Made by a program: the position numbers and the translations under genes
Source: a virus
Lineage: Duplodnaviria; Caudoviricetes
Reading direction: 5' to 3' (one strand)
Length of the DNA: 56,699 nt
IMG/VR virus record: IMGVR_UViG_3300044731_000819
Span: 1-56,699 of that record
The notes under the pieces: model-generated
The model's database searches: none
The model's input: the letters and a program-made list of their open reading frames with translations, nothing else
What the model was told of the DNA's origin: nothing
Shown: positions 46,259 through 55,453 of the stretch, piece by piece
How the letters are laid out: every line of letters starts with the position of its first letter
Position numbering within the stretch: position 1 is the stretch's first letter

Positions 46259-48211
46259 TTATCCTTCAGTTTTAGTTAAAAACTTTTCAAGTGTCGGTAC
46301 AAAATCGGCTAAAAATCCTTGTGATAACATATAGTCTTTAAACCAACCCTCAACACCTGAAAACTTATGTTCAATTTCAACTTTACCAGCAGCAGTAACT
46401 GTACTATTTATCGGTGTTGTTATATTTTCAGGATTTGTTGGTATATTTGGTGAAGCTAAAACTTTATCGTCTTTATCTGTAAAATAACTTCCTTTTGGTC
46501 CTGAAATTAATAATCCTCCTTGGGAATCTATTAAACCATCCTGTAATTGAATTCCTGAAATAGTATTTTCTAAAAATTTAATTACAGACAAGACATTTTC
46601 TTTTGACAACTGAAGGTTATTTTCTAATGATGGATTTTGAGTAAATGCTTCTTTTTGTTTACCGGCATAAATGTCACCAAATTTTGACATTTGTTCAGAC
46701 CTTTCTTTCAGTTCCCCTTTAATCAATGAACCAAAATCGGCACTAGCCTCATCAATAGTTTTTTCTTTCTTTTTTACTTTATCAATTAAATCAGTTAAAG
46801 CGTCATTCAATAAATCAAATTCACCTCTTAATTTTTTAGTTCCCCCTTTACCAAATATCGCTTCATCAGCAGCTAAAGTCGCGGGTAAAATTGTCCCTTC
46901 GGCAAACTTTGATATTTGCCCCCCTATTTTAGATGATGCAGCTGCGAAGGCAGGTCTTCCAGCAATAAGATTTGCAACATTTGCAATATTTGTTAATGAC
47001 TTATTTGCCTGCCATAAAAGTTGTTCGGAAGTTTTTTGTCCAGCCTTTTGGGCTTCTTTCATCATATCTAAATCTGCGGGTTCTAAAGAATCAATCGCCT
47101 TTGTCACATTATCACCTAACTTTTCATCATAGACTTCAATTTCATATTTACCTGTCTTATCGTTAAATTGAGACATATTAGCTATCAATTTTCTTGTATC
47201 CTCATTTGCAAATTCGGACGCATCGGGAAATTTAATTTGACTTAATTTTCTATCTAAATCTAATGCGTTCATACCCATTTTTGCAAATTCTTCAGCTCCA
47301 ATTCCTAAAGTTTTCGCAACTTCTCTAATTTGTCTTTGAGCCCCAGGCATTACTTTAAATCTTTTTTGTTTTTCATCAAATTCAACAAATTGTTTTGATA
47401 ATTCAATAAGATTTGATTGGAGAGCTTCTGGGTCATTTTCAGCCATATTCATCAAAGAAATTGGGTCTAATAACCCTGTAATTTGTACCCCCATTCTTTG
47501 TAATCCGGCAGCCATTTCAACCGCTTGTTGTGGGTCAAATAGTTTCTCCGCAATTGCTAAGGTATCTTTAATATTTGCCTTAACCATAATGGCTTCGGTT
47601 GCCATTTTAGACATTCCCTGAACTCCATTATCAAAATTATACATATTAAGTTTAGCAGTATTAGATGAAATTTCTTTCATCACTTCGCCAGCAACAACTC
47701 CAGTTCCTAATGAAGTATCTAAAACTTTTTTAATGTTCTCAACAACCCCTTGAGACGTAAATCCTAAATTTTTAAAAGTTTCATAATTTTTAACTCCAGC
47801 CTCCGCAGCGGATTGACCCATCGCTCGGGTTAATTCCCCCGTAACTAATAATTCTTTAGATTGTTCCGCCCTTAATAAAGTACTAGTTTTTTCAAATCCT
47901 GTTATTTTTTCAGATAAATTTGCAACATCAGTAAGAGTGAATCCAAATTTTTCAGATTGTATTTTCGCATCAATTATGTTCTGTTTAGCTCTTTCTCCAT
48001 AGACATCCAAACCACCCATAATTTTATTGTAATTACTAGCAATACCTTCCAGTTGGCTAGCAATATTAGTAAAACTAGTGAGCATACTCCCATTAACAAT
48101 ATTATATGTAGTATATAAATTTTCTAATGCCGTTGTGGCATCACTTAATGGGTCTTTTAAGTTAAATTGTTTTTCTTGTTGTTCCCTTTTTTCTTCTTTT
48201 TGAAATAACAT
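46259..48211 (-). CDS. Tape-measure-like protein
   Basis: 650 aa, helical and Ala/Lys/Glu/Met-rich; position between the tube/chaperone genes and the baseplate genes; TATTTAT at 48226-48232. Confidence 0.6.
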   Translation of the reverse strand: MLFQKEEKREQQEKQFNLKDPLSDATTALENLYTTYNIVNGSMLTSFTNIASQLEGIASNYNKIMGGLDVYGERAKQNIIDAKIQSEKFGFTLTDVANLSEKITGFEKTSTLLRAEQSKELLVTGELTRAMGQSAAEAGVKNYETFKNLGFTSQGVVENIKKVLDTSLGTGVVAGEVMKEISSNTAKLNMYNFDNGVQGMSKMATEAIMVKANIKDTLAIAEKLFDPQQAVEMAAGLQRMGVQITGLLDPISLMNMAENDPEALQSNLIELSKQFVEFDEKQKRFKVMPGAQRQIREVAKTLGIGAEEFAKMGMNALDLDRKLSQIKFPDASEFANEDTRKLIANMSQFNDKTGKYEIEVYDEKLGDNVTKAIDSLEPADLDMMKEAQKAGQKTSEQLLWQANKSLTNIANVANLIAGRPAFAAASSKIGGQISKFAEGTILPATLAADEAIFGKGGTKKLRGEFDLLNDALTDLIDKVKKKEKTIDEASADFGSLIKGELKERSEQMSKFGDIYAGKQKEAFTQNPSLENNLQLSKENVLSVIKFLENTISGIQLQDGLIDSQGGLLISGPKGSYFTDKDDKVLASPNIPTNPENITTPINSTVTAAGKVEIEHKFSGVEGWFKDYMLSQGFLADFVPTLEKFLTKTEG

Positions 48212-48246
48212 ATTGAGTCTTTAACATAAATATTTAATCCACTATT

Positions 48247-48402
48247 TTATTTGGTAGTAGTTTCTTCAATTAATTTGTCCAATAAAAATTTACGAGTGCT
48301 GATTGGCATCAAAAGAAAATCAGAATAGGAAACATTTAAATATTTAGCTAAATAATAAAACTCAAGTTCTCTTCCTTGTCTATACTCAGAAGAAAGGACG
48401 AA
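48247..48402 (-). CDS. Frameshift extension (gpT / gp51-like) of the upstream chaperone gene
   Basis: +1 frame reads FVLSSEYRQGRELEFYYLAKYLNVSYSDFLLMPISTRKFLLDKLIEETTTK*. It overlaps the upstream gene's end at TTT TTT CGT and has no early ATG. Not in the ORF track. Confidence 0.65.
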   Translation of the reverse strand, partial: FVLSSEYRQGRELEFYYLAKYLNVSYSDFLLMPISTRKFLLDKLIEETTTK

Positions 48403-49135
48403 AAAACTCCACCCCAAAGAGAATATCGGCTACGACCTCTTTTCCTGACGGGGCTATAATTGTCTGGGTTAATTCCAATCTTGGCTCATTTTCAAACATA
48501 AATTGTCTAATATGTTTTGAATCCATAATTGGCATAGTTTCAATATGCTTAGACATTTGTTCTCTATCTCTAATACCATCAATTTCAACTATCATTTTAG
48601 ATAATCTAATGGTTTGTCTTGGCGCAACCCTACCTGCGGGAAATGATTCAACAATTCTATCAATTTCATTATTGTCACCCAATGTTAAAGGTTTTAATTT
48701 AACAATAGAGCCACTTTTAGGTAATTTTGTTTCAAATAAACCTTCTTCATTTGGTTCGTGTAAAGTGTCTTTGTTATAAAGTTCAGTTAAAAATATTGAT
48801 GTTGAAAACTCTTTTCCTGTTTCAGGGTCAGTAGCCTTAACATTATACTCAGGACCAAATGATGTATTTCTTAAAAATATCATAATTGCCTCAACATCAC
48901 CATTTAATAAATCTTCAGGTCGTATATCTGGTTCATATATTTTACTTCTTAATAAAGAAATCATTAAATTTTCTCTGTTATTTTGAGCTAATAAAATATT
49001 TTCATCGGAAGCGGTTAAATAACCAACTTTGACACTCTTCTTTTTATTTGCATAGAATTTACCCTTTGACGGTAGTGGTACAACGTCATGAGGTAAGTTA
49101 AAGTTCATTTGCCCATATTGACTAACTTGGTCCAT
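48386..49135 (-). CDS. T4 gp26-like baseplate hub assembly protein / tail assembly chaperone
   Basis: LPSKGKFY..YLTASDENIL..DLLNGDVEAIMIFLR..FG..Y; ends FGVEFFRP; lies between tube and tape measure. Confidence 0.75.
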   Translation of the reverse strand: MDQVSQYGQMNFNLPHDVVPLPSKGKFYANKKKSVKVGYLTASDENILLAQNNRENLMISLLRSKIYEPDIRPEDLLNGDVEAIMIFLRNTSFGPEYNVKATDPETGKEFSTSIFLTELYNKDTLHEPNEEGLFETKLPKSGSIVKLKPLTLGDNNEIDRIVESFPAGRVAPRQTIRLSKMIVEIDGIRDREQMSKHIETMPIMDSKHIRQFMFENEPRLELTQTIIAPSGKEVVADILFGVEFFRPFF

Positions 49136-49158
49136 AGTATTTTTTATTATAAAATAAA

Positions 49159-49287
49159 TTATTTAGAAGATAAATCAATCTTATTTTCTTTTTTGTTGTG
49201 TCTATTTTCAAATTCTTCTTGGGTTTCAAACACTTTACCACAAGTTGGACACACAAAATCTGTATTACCTGAAAAAAAAAGTTCCAT
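49159..49287 (-). CDS. 42-aa protein with degenerate C2H2-type zinc-finger motif
   Basis: MELFFSGNTDFVCPTCGKVFETQEEFENRHNKKENKIDLSSK*; TATTTAT at 49315-49321; alternative ATG at 49293. Below the ORF-track cutoff. Confidence 0.5.
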   Translation of the reverse strand: MELFFSGNTDFVCPTCGKVFETQEEFENRHNKKENKIDLSSK

Positions 49288-49332
49288 ACACATAAGTATA
49301 TGAAACCAATTTTTATAAATAAATAATAAATT

Positions 49333-49821
49333 TTAGTATACTAAGATACAACGGTCAGGTCTTAAAGTCGCTGAGATAGTTGCAATAGCATCTTGAGAAT
49401 AACTCAAACTATCAAAATTAACATTTGTTAAGAATGTTCCTTGTAGAATCCATTTCTCAACAACAACACCTGTTGGGTCTAACAATTCCAAATCAATGTC
49501 TTTCTTATAACCCGCAGCGTATCCCATACGTCCTGTTACAGACTCTGCGTGTAAACGAACCCATTCCATCAATGCTTGAGCCGCTGAAGGTCCAATTGGG
49601 TCACGGAACTTAACATTAATTTCATTCCAAGTGAATCTACCAGCTACATAAGTTGACGTATTCAAAAATTGAATTTCAGTCGAGTTTATTTTAATATTAG
49701 GTCTGGACGTAGATTCAACGAACCATTCATTAATTCCTAATGATGAAGGAAATCTTAATATAAATCGGTTCTGTCTTTTGGGTTCGTACGGAACCGGCAT
49801 TTTCATCAGTAAATCTGCCAT
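49333..49821 (-). CDS. Tail tube protein (T4 gp19-like)
   Basis: EPKRQNRF; YVAGRFTWNEINVKFRDPI; YKKDIDLELLDPTGVVVEKWILQG; TATTTAT at 49854-49860. Confidence 0.9.
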   Translation of the reverse strand: MADLLMKMPVPYEPKRQNRFILRFPSSLGINEWFVESTSRPNIKINSTEIQFLNTSTYVAGRFTWNEINVKFRDPIGPSAAQALMEWVRLHAESVTGRMGYAAGYKKDIDLELLDPTGVVVEKWILQGTFLTNVNFDSLSYSQDAIATISATLRPDRCILVY

Positions 49822-49935
49822 TTTTTTTAATTTTTAATTTTGTTTTATTGCTTATAAATAGTCGTGTTTATATTTTTTTCTATTTACTTTCATTATTTTT
49901 AATCTAAACTTCTACTAGTCCAGTTCTAGTACTAA

Positions 49936-50784
49936 TTAATTAATTCTTTTTTTATCTCCTGATTGAGTAGAATAAACTTTAACTCCTGGTTCATCACCAA
50001 ATTCTTTATTAAACATTTCTACGTTCTTAGGGTCATCATCAGAAACACCTAGTTGAAATTCAGGTATAAAGGAATTAGATATATCATTTTTAATTAATGC
50101 TTTTGTACTTAATTCTATTGCTAAATCTCTGCAATATTCTAAAAAATTCCTAAATGCAATTTTCTTTAATTCCTCAGGATTGGCAGCGGAACCTTCTCCG
50201 TAAGTTACGGGGTGGAATTTACACAATCCTAAATACTCCCAAATTAATTCAATATCCTCTCTATCTTGTAAATCAAAAAGTTGTCTATATCTTTTTAAAT
50301 TACTAATACATTGGTTCATATTGATACCGTCTCTACCTGAAAGGATTAGTTCATAACAAGCTTCTTTAAGTGTGTCAGGGTTATGTCCTCTAGCAGTAAT
50401 TATTGAAAATATTGAACCTCCATTTATACATTCCACAAAATCATTCCAAGCCGGACCTGTTGGAGCCATTAATGAATCTATTAAAAATTTTTCATCACCT
50501 TCAGTTCCAAAATCACGAAACATATTTTTAGCAAAATCAACAATAGTATGTCCTTTATATGAGAAAGGTTCTTTACCTACCCTACTTCTATAACGTGCAA
50601 AATCCTTTGTAGACATTCCAATTTCTTCACCATCTTCATCTAAAACATAGATTACCGTTGGCATATACATTAGATTATCATCCCAGTCGAATGCGTAGTA
50701 TTTTAAAGAAGGAACCCCTTCCTCCGATACTGTTTCTAGTAGTCGGAGGATAAGGGTGTCCAATTGTGTTTCACTTAAATTCAT
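49936..50784 (-). CDS. HAD-superfamily phosphatase
   Basis: Motif I FDWDDN, motif II ITARGH, Lys of motif III (ELKK), motif IV SDDD. Start placed at ATG 50784, just after the sheath stop. Confidence 0.7.
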   Translation of the reverse strand: MNLSETQLDTLILRLLETVSEEGVPSLKYYAFDWDDNLMYMPTVIYVLDEDGEEIGMSTKDFARYRSRVGKEPFSYKGHTIVDFAKNMFRDFGTEGDEKFLIDSLMAPTGPAWNDFVECINGGSIFSIITARGHNPDTLKEACYELILSGRDGINMNQCISNLKRYRQLFDLQDREDIELIWEYLGLCKFHPVTYGEGSAANPEELKKIAFRNFLEYCRDLAIELSTKALIKNDISNSFIPEFQLGVSDDDPKNVEMFNKEFGDEPGVKVYSTQSGDKKRIN

Positions 50785-50785
50785 A

Positions 50786-53700
50786 TTAGATATTGTCAAA
50801 TGATGCTCCTGTTGGAGTTATTAAGAATTCAATATCAATGAACTCTAAAGATTTAGTTGGTTTAACATAGATTTTACCTACTAATTGGTTTCTGTCTAAA
50901 TCTTCAGCTGAAGATGAAACAGTCACACGGAAATCATATAAACCTCTGTCTCTTCTGATTGAGTCCAAGATAGGGTTAACTGCGTCTAAGAAATCTTGTC
51001 TTACTTTAGCGTCGTTTTGTTCAAACAACAATCTAACTGCTACCGCTGAAATCAACTTACGAGCTTGTAATAACAATCTTCTAACGTTCAATCTGTCAAG
51101 AGCCGATTCTCTAACTTGTAAGGTCTTGTTACCCCAAATTACAGTTCCTACGTCTGAGAAAGTTGCGATTGGGTTAATTCTTCCTTTGTATAGAGTATCT
51201 CTATCTTCTTGTGTTAACTTCTTACGTGCTTTAACTGCGTTTACAATACCACGTGTGTAACCCGCTGATGCGAACCAAGGGAACGCGATGTTATCAGTCA
51301 ACGCTAAGTTTCTACAAACTTCCGCAGTTGGTGGGATATAAATTTGTGTGTTGTTAACAGTATCACGAGTTAACACCCAAGGATAGTAAGTCGCAGTGTA
51401 GTTAGAGTCAATACCTGTTTGTTCTAATGAATCAACTACGTCTTGTGGGTAGATTAAATCTTCAGCAGTGAATGTCTGAACAAATAAGTTAATATCAGGA
51501 GTAGTACACAAGTAAATTGAGTCTGCTCTGTCAAATTCAACCATTTCAATTGCTGATTCAACCAAGTTAGAGTTATTTAACCAGTCAATACCAGGTGTTG
51601 CAAATACGTTAATGTTATTAGCTTCAGGATTTGCAAATGTTCTGATACCTAACAAGTATGCGTAGTAGTCAGTATTTGCCCAATCTTGAGTATTATCACC
51701 TACTGTGATTAACTTAAACATTCCCGCACCTGATGCGTTTGGATATCTTGCAGATGCGCAAGCTCCGTATAAGAAACCTCTTTGTCCGACTTGGAATAAG
51801 TCACCATTAGTTCTTGTTTCACGATAAATGTCCCATCCGTCAAATCCTCCTTGTACTAACAATGAGAACTTACGAGAGAATAATCTGTAGTATGGACTAG
51901 CAGGATTTGTTGGTTCAGAATTGAACGATGCCGCTCCAACTTCAAACGCTGACTCACCTGATGTAGTATACCCCGAAGGAATTTGAACAACAGTTGCACC
52001 ACTATCCATATGGAAACCTTTAGAAAGGAATGACCATTCATCACCTGTTGTGTCTTCACAAGGGTCGAGTGGTCCTTGTTTTCCTTTGTATTGGAAGTAG
52101 TCCCCATCATAACCGATTGTGTCTGAAATACCTAAATAAGTTCTTCTAACATTATCACCTGAACTTGTTCTTGGGAAATCTGTTCCGTCCGCAAGTCCAA
52201 ATGGTGGGTTGAAAGTTACTTCACCTGGGAAATCGTATTTTGTCTTATAAATTGGGAATCCTGTTTTAGCACCTGCGTATTGTCTTGATTTGTAACCTTC
52301 AAATCCACAAGGTAATGCGTCAACCGGAGCATCCACATTATAATCAACCATAATGTATTTAGAGTTTAATACAAATTCTCCATCAGACGAACCAATCTTT
52401 TTTGCGATATAGTTATTTAATGATGGGTCCATTGAACAGTTTGTAAATTTCTCTAAAACTACAGGTGATTCATCACTATCGTAATAATTTCTAACTACAA
52501 CATCAAATGTACCATTTGAGAATGAAATATTCAAAATCGACAATTTAACTTGGAAGTTCGCAGAATTACCGTCCGCAATTGATACAAATCTAAATAATCG
52601 ATAAACATTATTACCACGTAATTCAGAAACAACCCAAGGTGATGTTGGGCTTTGATATCTTTCCAAATACCAAGCTATTGATGTACCTGCGTTATAATCT
52701 TGTCTGTATCCAGGTAATGAGATTAATTCTGAACTTAATCCACGAATATAACCTTTATTCCAAGCCCAAGATAATAATGTTCCGTAACTTTCTTCTATAA
52801 ACAAAGGAACTGTAGTACGAGGTTTAGTAAAGTTACCATATCCCAAAACTTTAGTAATTGATGTAGCATCAGTTTCAGATAAACTAACTTTGAAATTAAA
52901 GTTTGTATTATCAATTGTAGTACCTGTGATTGCAAATGGAGCAAATGGATTTTGTTCTACAGCAGAATAACTACCACTAAAATCTAATCCTACTGAAGTT
53001 AAACCTGTAACTTGATAAGCCGGTCCATTAGAATTTGCAGTGTAAAAAGTATTTCCTCTTGAACGCATTGTTGCAACAACTAATTCGTGATATTCAGAAT
53101 AAGTTAAACCTGACATATTGAATGCGTAACCGTGAATAGTTCCTGAATAACACACATTTGGTGTTGTTGGAGTTGAAGTCACTGTTGGTGTCGGTGTTGG
53201 TGTTACGTCACAAGGATTGTAAGTTGAAGTTACTGTAACCGTTGGACTTGGAGTTGTAGTTGTTGTAACTGGAAGTAATTCCAAGTTTTCAATTACAACT
53301 ACAAAAGAATACCCTGAGTAATTTTCCGCAGTTGTTGGGTCAAATAATCCATAGTACCAAGCGTCATTATATGGTGAAGTGAAACTACATTCGTAAGACG
53401 AACTACCACTTGTACCCATAACATTTGTTACATTAGTAAATCCTGCACCTGTGTACGTGTTATAAACATCACCAGGAATGATACCCCAAATAGCAATAGA
53501 ATCACCACTCATTGTAGTATCAGTAAGAATTGATTGAACAAACGCTTTAAGGTCGGACTCTAAATTAGAAGTACCACCATTAAACTGTGTATAATTATCA
53601 TTTAATTTCGCCTCAATTTCATCAGGGAACATTCCTTGAAATGACAATTGTGAGATGAAGTTACTACATCCTGTAAATGCTACAGATATTTCACTTGTTC

Positions 53701-54142
53701 CTGTAATAATACAGTTAGTTTCACATATTGCTGGGTCAACTGCAAAGTTAGGTGTAGTTGAACAACTATAAGTGTAACCAACAGTTGATGAATCAACGTT
53801 AGCGACTGTTTTAATAGACCAAGAAGGTCCCGCATCATAACCAGATAATCCTAATACTCTCGTTACGAATAATTGATTTGATTGTTGTAAATACGCCTTG
53901 GCGATATACGACATTTCATATTTCGGAATTTGTGTGTTCACAAATTTTTCAGGAGTTGTCCCTCCGAAATAAGTTTGGAATTCATCATAGTTAGTGATGA
54001 ATATAGGTTCAAAAGCCGGACCTTTGGTAGCTTCTCCAACTAAACCCAAAGTTGTAACACCCACGCTAGATGTTACAAAGCTCAAGTCCCTTTCTGATGT
54101 ATAAACACCAGGCGAAACGAATACTTTGTTTGCTGTTGCCAT
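50786..54142 (-). CDS. Contractile tail sheath protein (T4 gp18-like) with Thr/Pro-rich insertion
   Basis: FVSPGVYTSERDLS N-terminus; YYPW, PWFASAGYTRG, INPIATF..G.VIWGNKTL..LDRLNVRRL, EFIDIEF C-terminal motifs. Confidence 0.95.
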   Translation of the reverse strand: MATANKVFVSPGVYTSERDLSFVTSSVGVTTLGLVGEATKGPAFEPIFITNYDEFQTYFGGTTPEKFVNTQIPKYEMSYIAKAYLQQSNQLFVTRVLGLSGYDAGPSWSIKTVANVDSSTVGYTYSCSTTPNFAVDPAICETNCIITGTSEISVAFTGCSNFISQLSFQGMFPDEIEAKLNDNYTQFNGGTSNLESDLKAFVQSILTDTTMSGDSIAIWGIIPGDVYNTYTGAGFTNVTNVMGTSGSSSYECSFTSPYNDAWYYGLFDPTTAENYSGYSFVVVIENLELLPVTTTTTPSPTVTVTSTYNPCDVTPTPTPTVTSTPTTPNVCYSGTIHGYAFNMSGLTYSEYHELVVATMRSRGNTFYTANSNGPAYQVTGLTSVGLDFSGSYSAVEQNPFAPFAITGTTIDNTNFNFKVSLSETDATSITKVLGYGNFTKPRTTVPLFIEESYGTLLSWAWNKGYIRGLSSELISLPGYRQDYNAGTSIAWYLERYQSPTSPWVVSELRGNNVYRLFRFVSIADGNSANFQVKLSILNISFSNGTFDVVVRNYYDSDESPVVLEKFTNCSMDPSLNNYIAKKIGSSDGEFVLNSKYIMVDYNVDAPVDALPCGFEGYKSRQYAGAKTGFPIYKTKYDFPGEVTFNPPFGLADGTDFPRTSSGDNVRRTYLGISDTIGYDGDYFQYKGKQGPLDPCEDTTGDEWSFLSKGFHMDSGATVVQIPSGYTTSGESAFEVGAASFNSEPTNPASPYYRLFSRKFSLLVQGGFDGWDIYRETRTNGDLFQVGQRGFLYGACASARYPNASGAGMFKLITVGDNTQDWANTDYYAYLLGIRTFANPEANNINVFATPGIDWLNNSNLVESAIEMVEFDRADSIYLCTTPDINLFVQTFTAEDLIYPQDVVDSLEQTGIDSNYTATYYPWVLTRDTVNNTQIYIPPTAEVCRNLALTDNIAFPWFASAGYTRGIVNAVKARKKLTQEDRDTLYKGRINPIATFSDVGTVIWGNKTLQVRESALDRLNVRRLLLQARKLISAVAVRLLFEQNDAKVRQDFLDAVNPILDSIRRDRGLYDFRVTVSSSAEDLDRNQLVGKIYVKPTKSLEFIDIEFLITPTGASFDNI

Positions 54143-54173
54143 TACTTTTTTCTTTCTTTATTTTTATTTCTCT

Positions 54174-54180
54174 ATAAATA
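54174..54180 (-). promoter_or_regulatory. TATTTAT putative late-promoter motif for the sheath
   Basis: 31 nt upstream of ATG 54142; a mirror motif on the plus strand at 54218-54224 precedes the RHH ORF. Confidence 0.55.
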
Positions 54181-54259
54181 TTTGTATTTTTTCCAAAAAA
54201 CTTTACTTTGTAAAACATATTTATAAATTGGTAGACTTTATTCTGCCTTTTTTCTACCT

Positions 54260-54415
54260 ATGTCTAAAACTATCAAGAACATCAAAATATCCGAAGAAAG
54301 TCATACTTTACTCAAAAAGTATTGCAATAAAAAGGGGTATAAAGTATACCGATTTTTGGAGGAATTGATTATGAAAGAATGTAAAGAGGTACGAGACGTT
54401 TATGGTGAGAATTAA
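54260..54415 (+). CDS. Ribbon-helix-helix (Arc/CopG/MetJ-like) DNA-binding protein, 51 aa
   Basis: MSKTIKNIKISEESHTLLKKYCNKKGYKVYRFLEELIMKECKEVRDVYGEN*: alternating beta strand, helix, G turn, helix. Preceded by plus-strand TATTTAT. Not in the ORF track. Confidence 0.7.
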   Translation: MSKTIKNIKISEESHTLLKKYCNKKGYKVYRFLEELIMKECKEVRDVYGEN

Positions 54416-55452
54416 ACAAGTATGTTTTCAAAACTTAACTTACCCTCTAACGTGTCATCTTTTTTTGTGATTTCAAACCTAACAGAGTCTCCTGAATTTA
54501 TTTGTATATAATTACTATTTGACCCATAATATAAATTATTAATCCAAATTTCATAGTTTGAAATATTATAACTTGAGATTAATTTTAAATTAACCTTTTC
54601 ACTAAATCTATCCGAAAGTATTGTGGTTCCTGGTTTGAATAAAATATTTTCGTAAAACTTATCTGTATTAAACGGAGGTTTTCTTGGTTGTCTTCTTGGT
54701 TTCCCACCTGTTGCTTCTAATAACTGTAAATTTCTTGTAATTCCGGGTTTTATAACGAACTCATCTTCATCAATTAAAAATCCGACCAAAGTAAATTCGT
54801 ATGAAATAATGTAATATTTTCTTTTTTCAATTTCCATTACAGACTCATCCGAAACATTATCCCATTTGATTGGAATATAATGACCTTTAACTCTCGTATA
54901 TGCTTGTCTTGACGCAAATCTTTCTAATACAACTTTATTTAATTGGTTAATCTCTCTAACACGATTACAAATGAACTTTAAAGTATATTTTATATCAATA
55001 GGAATTGGTTGTGGTATCTGATAAACATCAACGGATGTTCTTTGACCATCAAAACTCGGAACATATGCGTAAAAAAATTGTCTCCTTTCAGGGATAGTAT
55101 ACACTGTTGAAGGATAACTGCCATATTTCATGTCGTTAGACCTTATTATAGTTACAAAAGGAGGAGATGCGTTTTTATCTAAATCTTGGAATTTCCAAGT
55201 TTGTGTAAATTGAGCCCAATTCTGTGTGGTTACAATAATATCAACGACAGGGACTTGTTTACCCTCAACACTAAACCCTAACTTATCTTTAACAAAATCC
55301 AAAAATCCTCTATCTAAATCCGCATGTAATATTGATTTTGGTAAGAATGTCCCGTCCTGTTCAATTTCTTGAAGCATTTCTTTCCTTCTTGCTAACCCAA
55401 CTTTATTTGGGATTAAATCTATATTTTTTTTAACTTGTTTTGGGAATGGCAT
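54412..55452 (-). CDS. Tail terminator / sheath stabiliser (T4 gp15-like)
   Basis: QPIPIDIKYTLKFICNRVREINQLNKVVLERF resembles the gp15 core; lies between neck and sheath genes. Confidence 0.6.
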   Translation of the reverse strand: MPFPKQVKKNIDLIPNKVGLARRKEMLQEIEQDGTFLPKSILHADLDRGFLDFVKDKLGFSVEGKQVPVVDIIVTTQNWAQFTQTWKFQDLDKNASPPFVTIIRSNDMKYGSYPSTVYTIPERRQFFYAYVPSFDGQRTSVDVYQIPQPIPIDIKYTLKFICNRVREINQLNKVVLERFASRQAYTRVKGHYIPIKWDNVSDESVMEIEKRKYYIISYEFTLVGFLIDEDEFVIKPGITRNLQLLEATGGKPRRQPRKPPFNTDKFYENILFKPGTTILSDRFSEKVNLKLISSYNISNYEIWINNLYYGSNSNYIQINSGDSVRFEITKKDDTLEGKLSFENILV

Positions 55453-55453
55453 A

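Noticed and set aside
49911-49935. Short ACTAG..CTAGT inverted repeat between the HAD and tube genes
   Set aside because: The stem is too short and AT-rich to call a terminator or operator.
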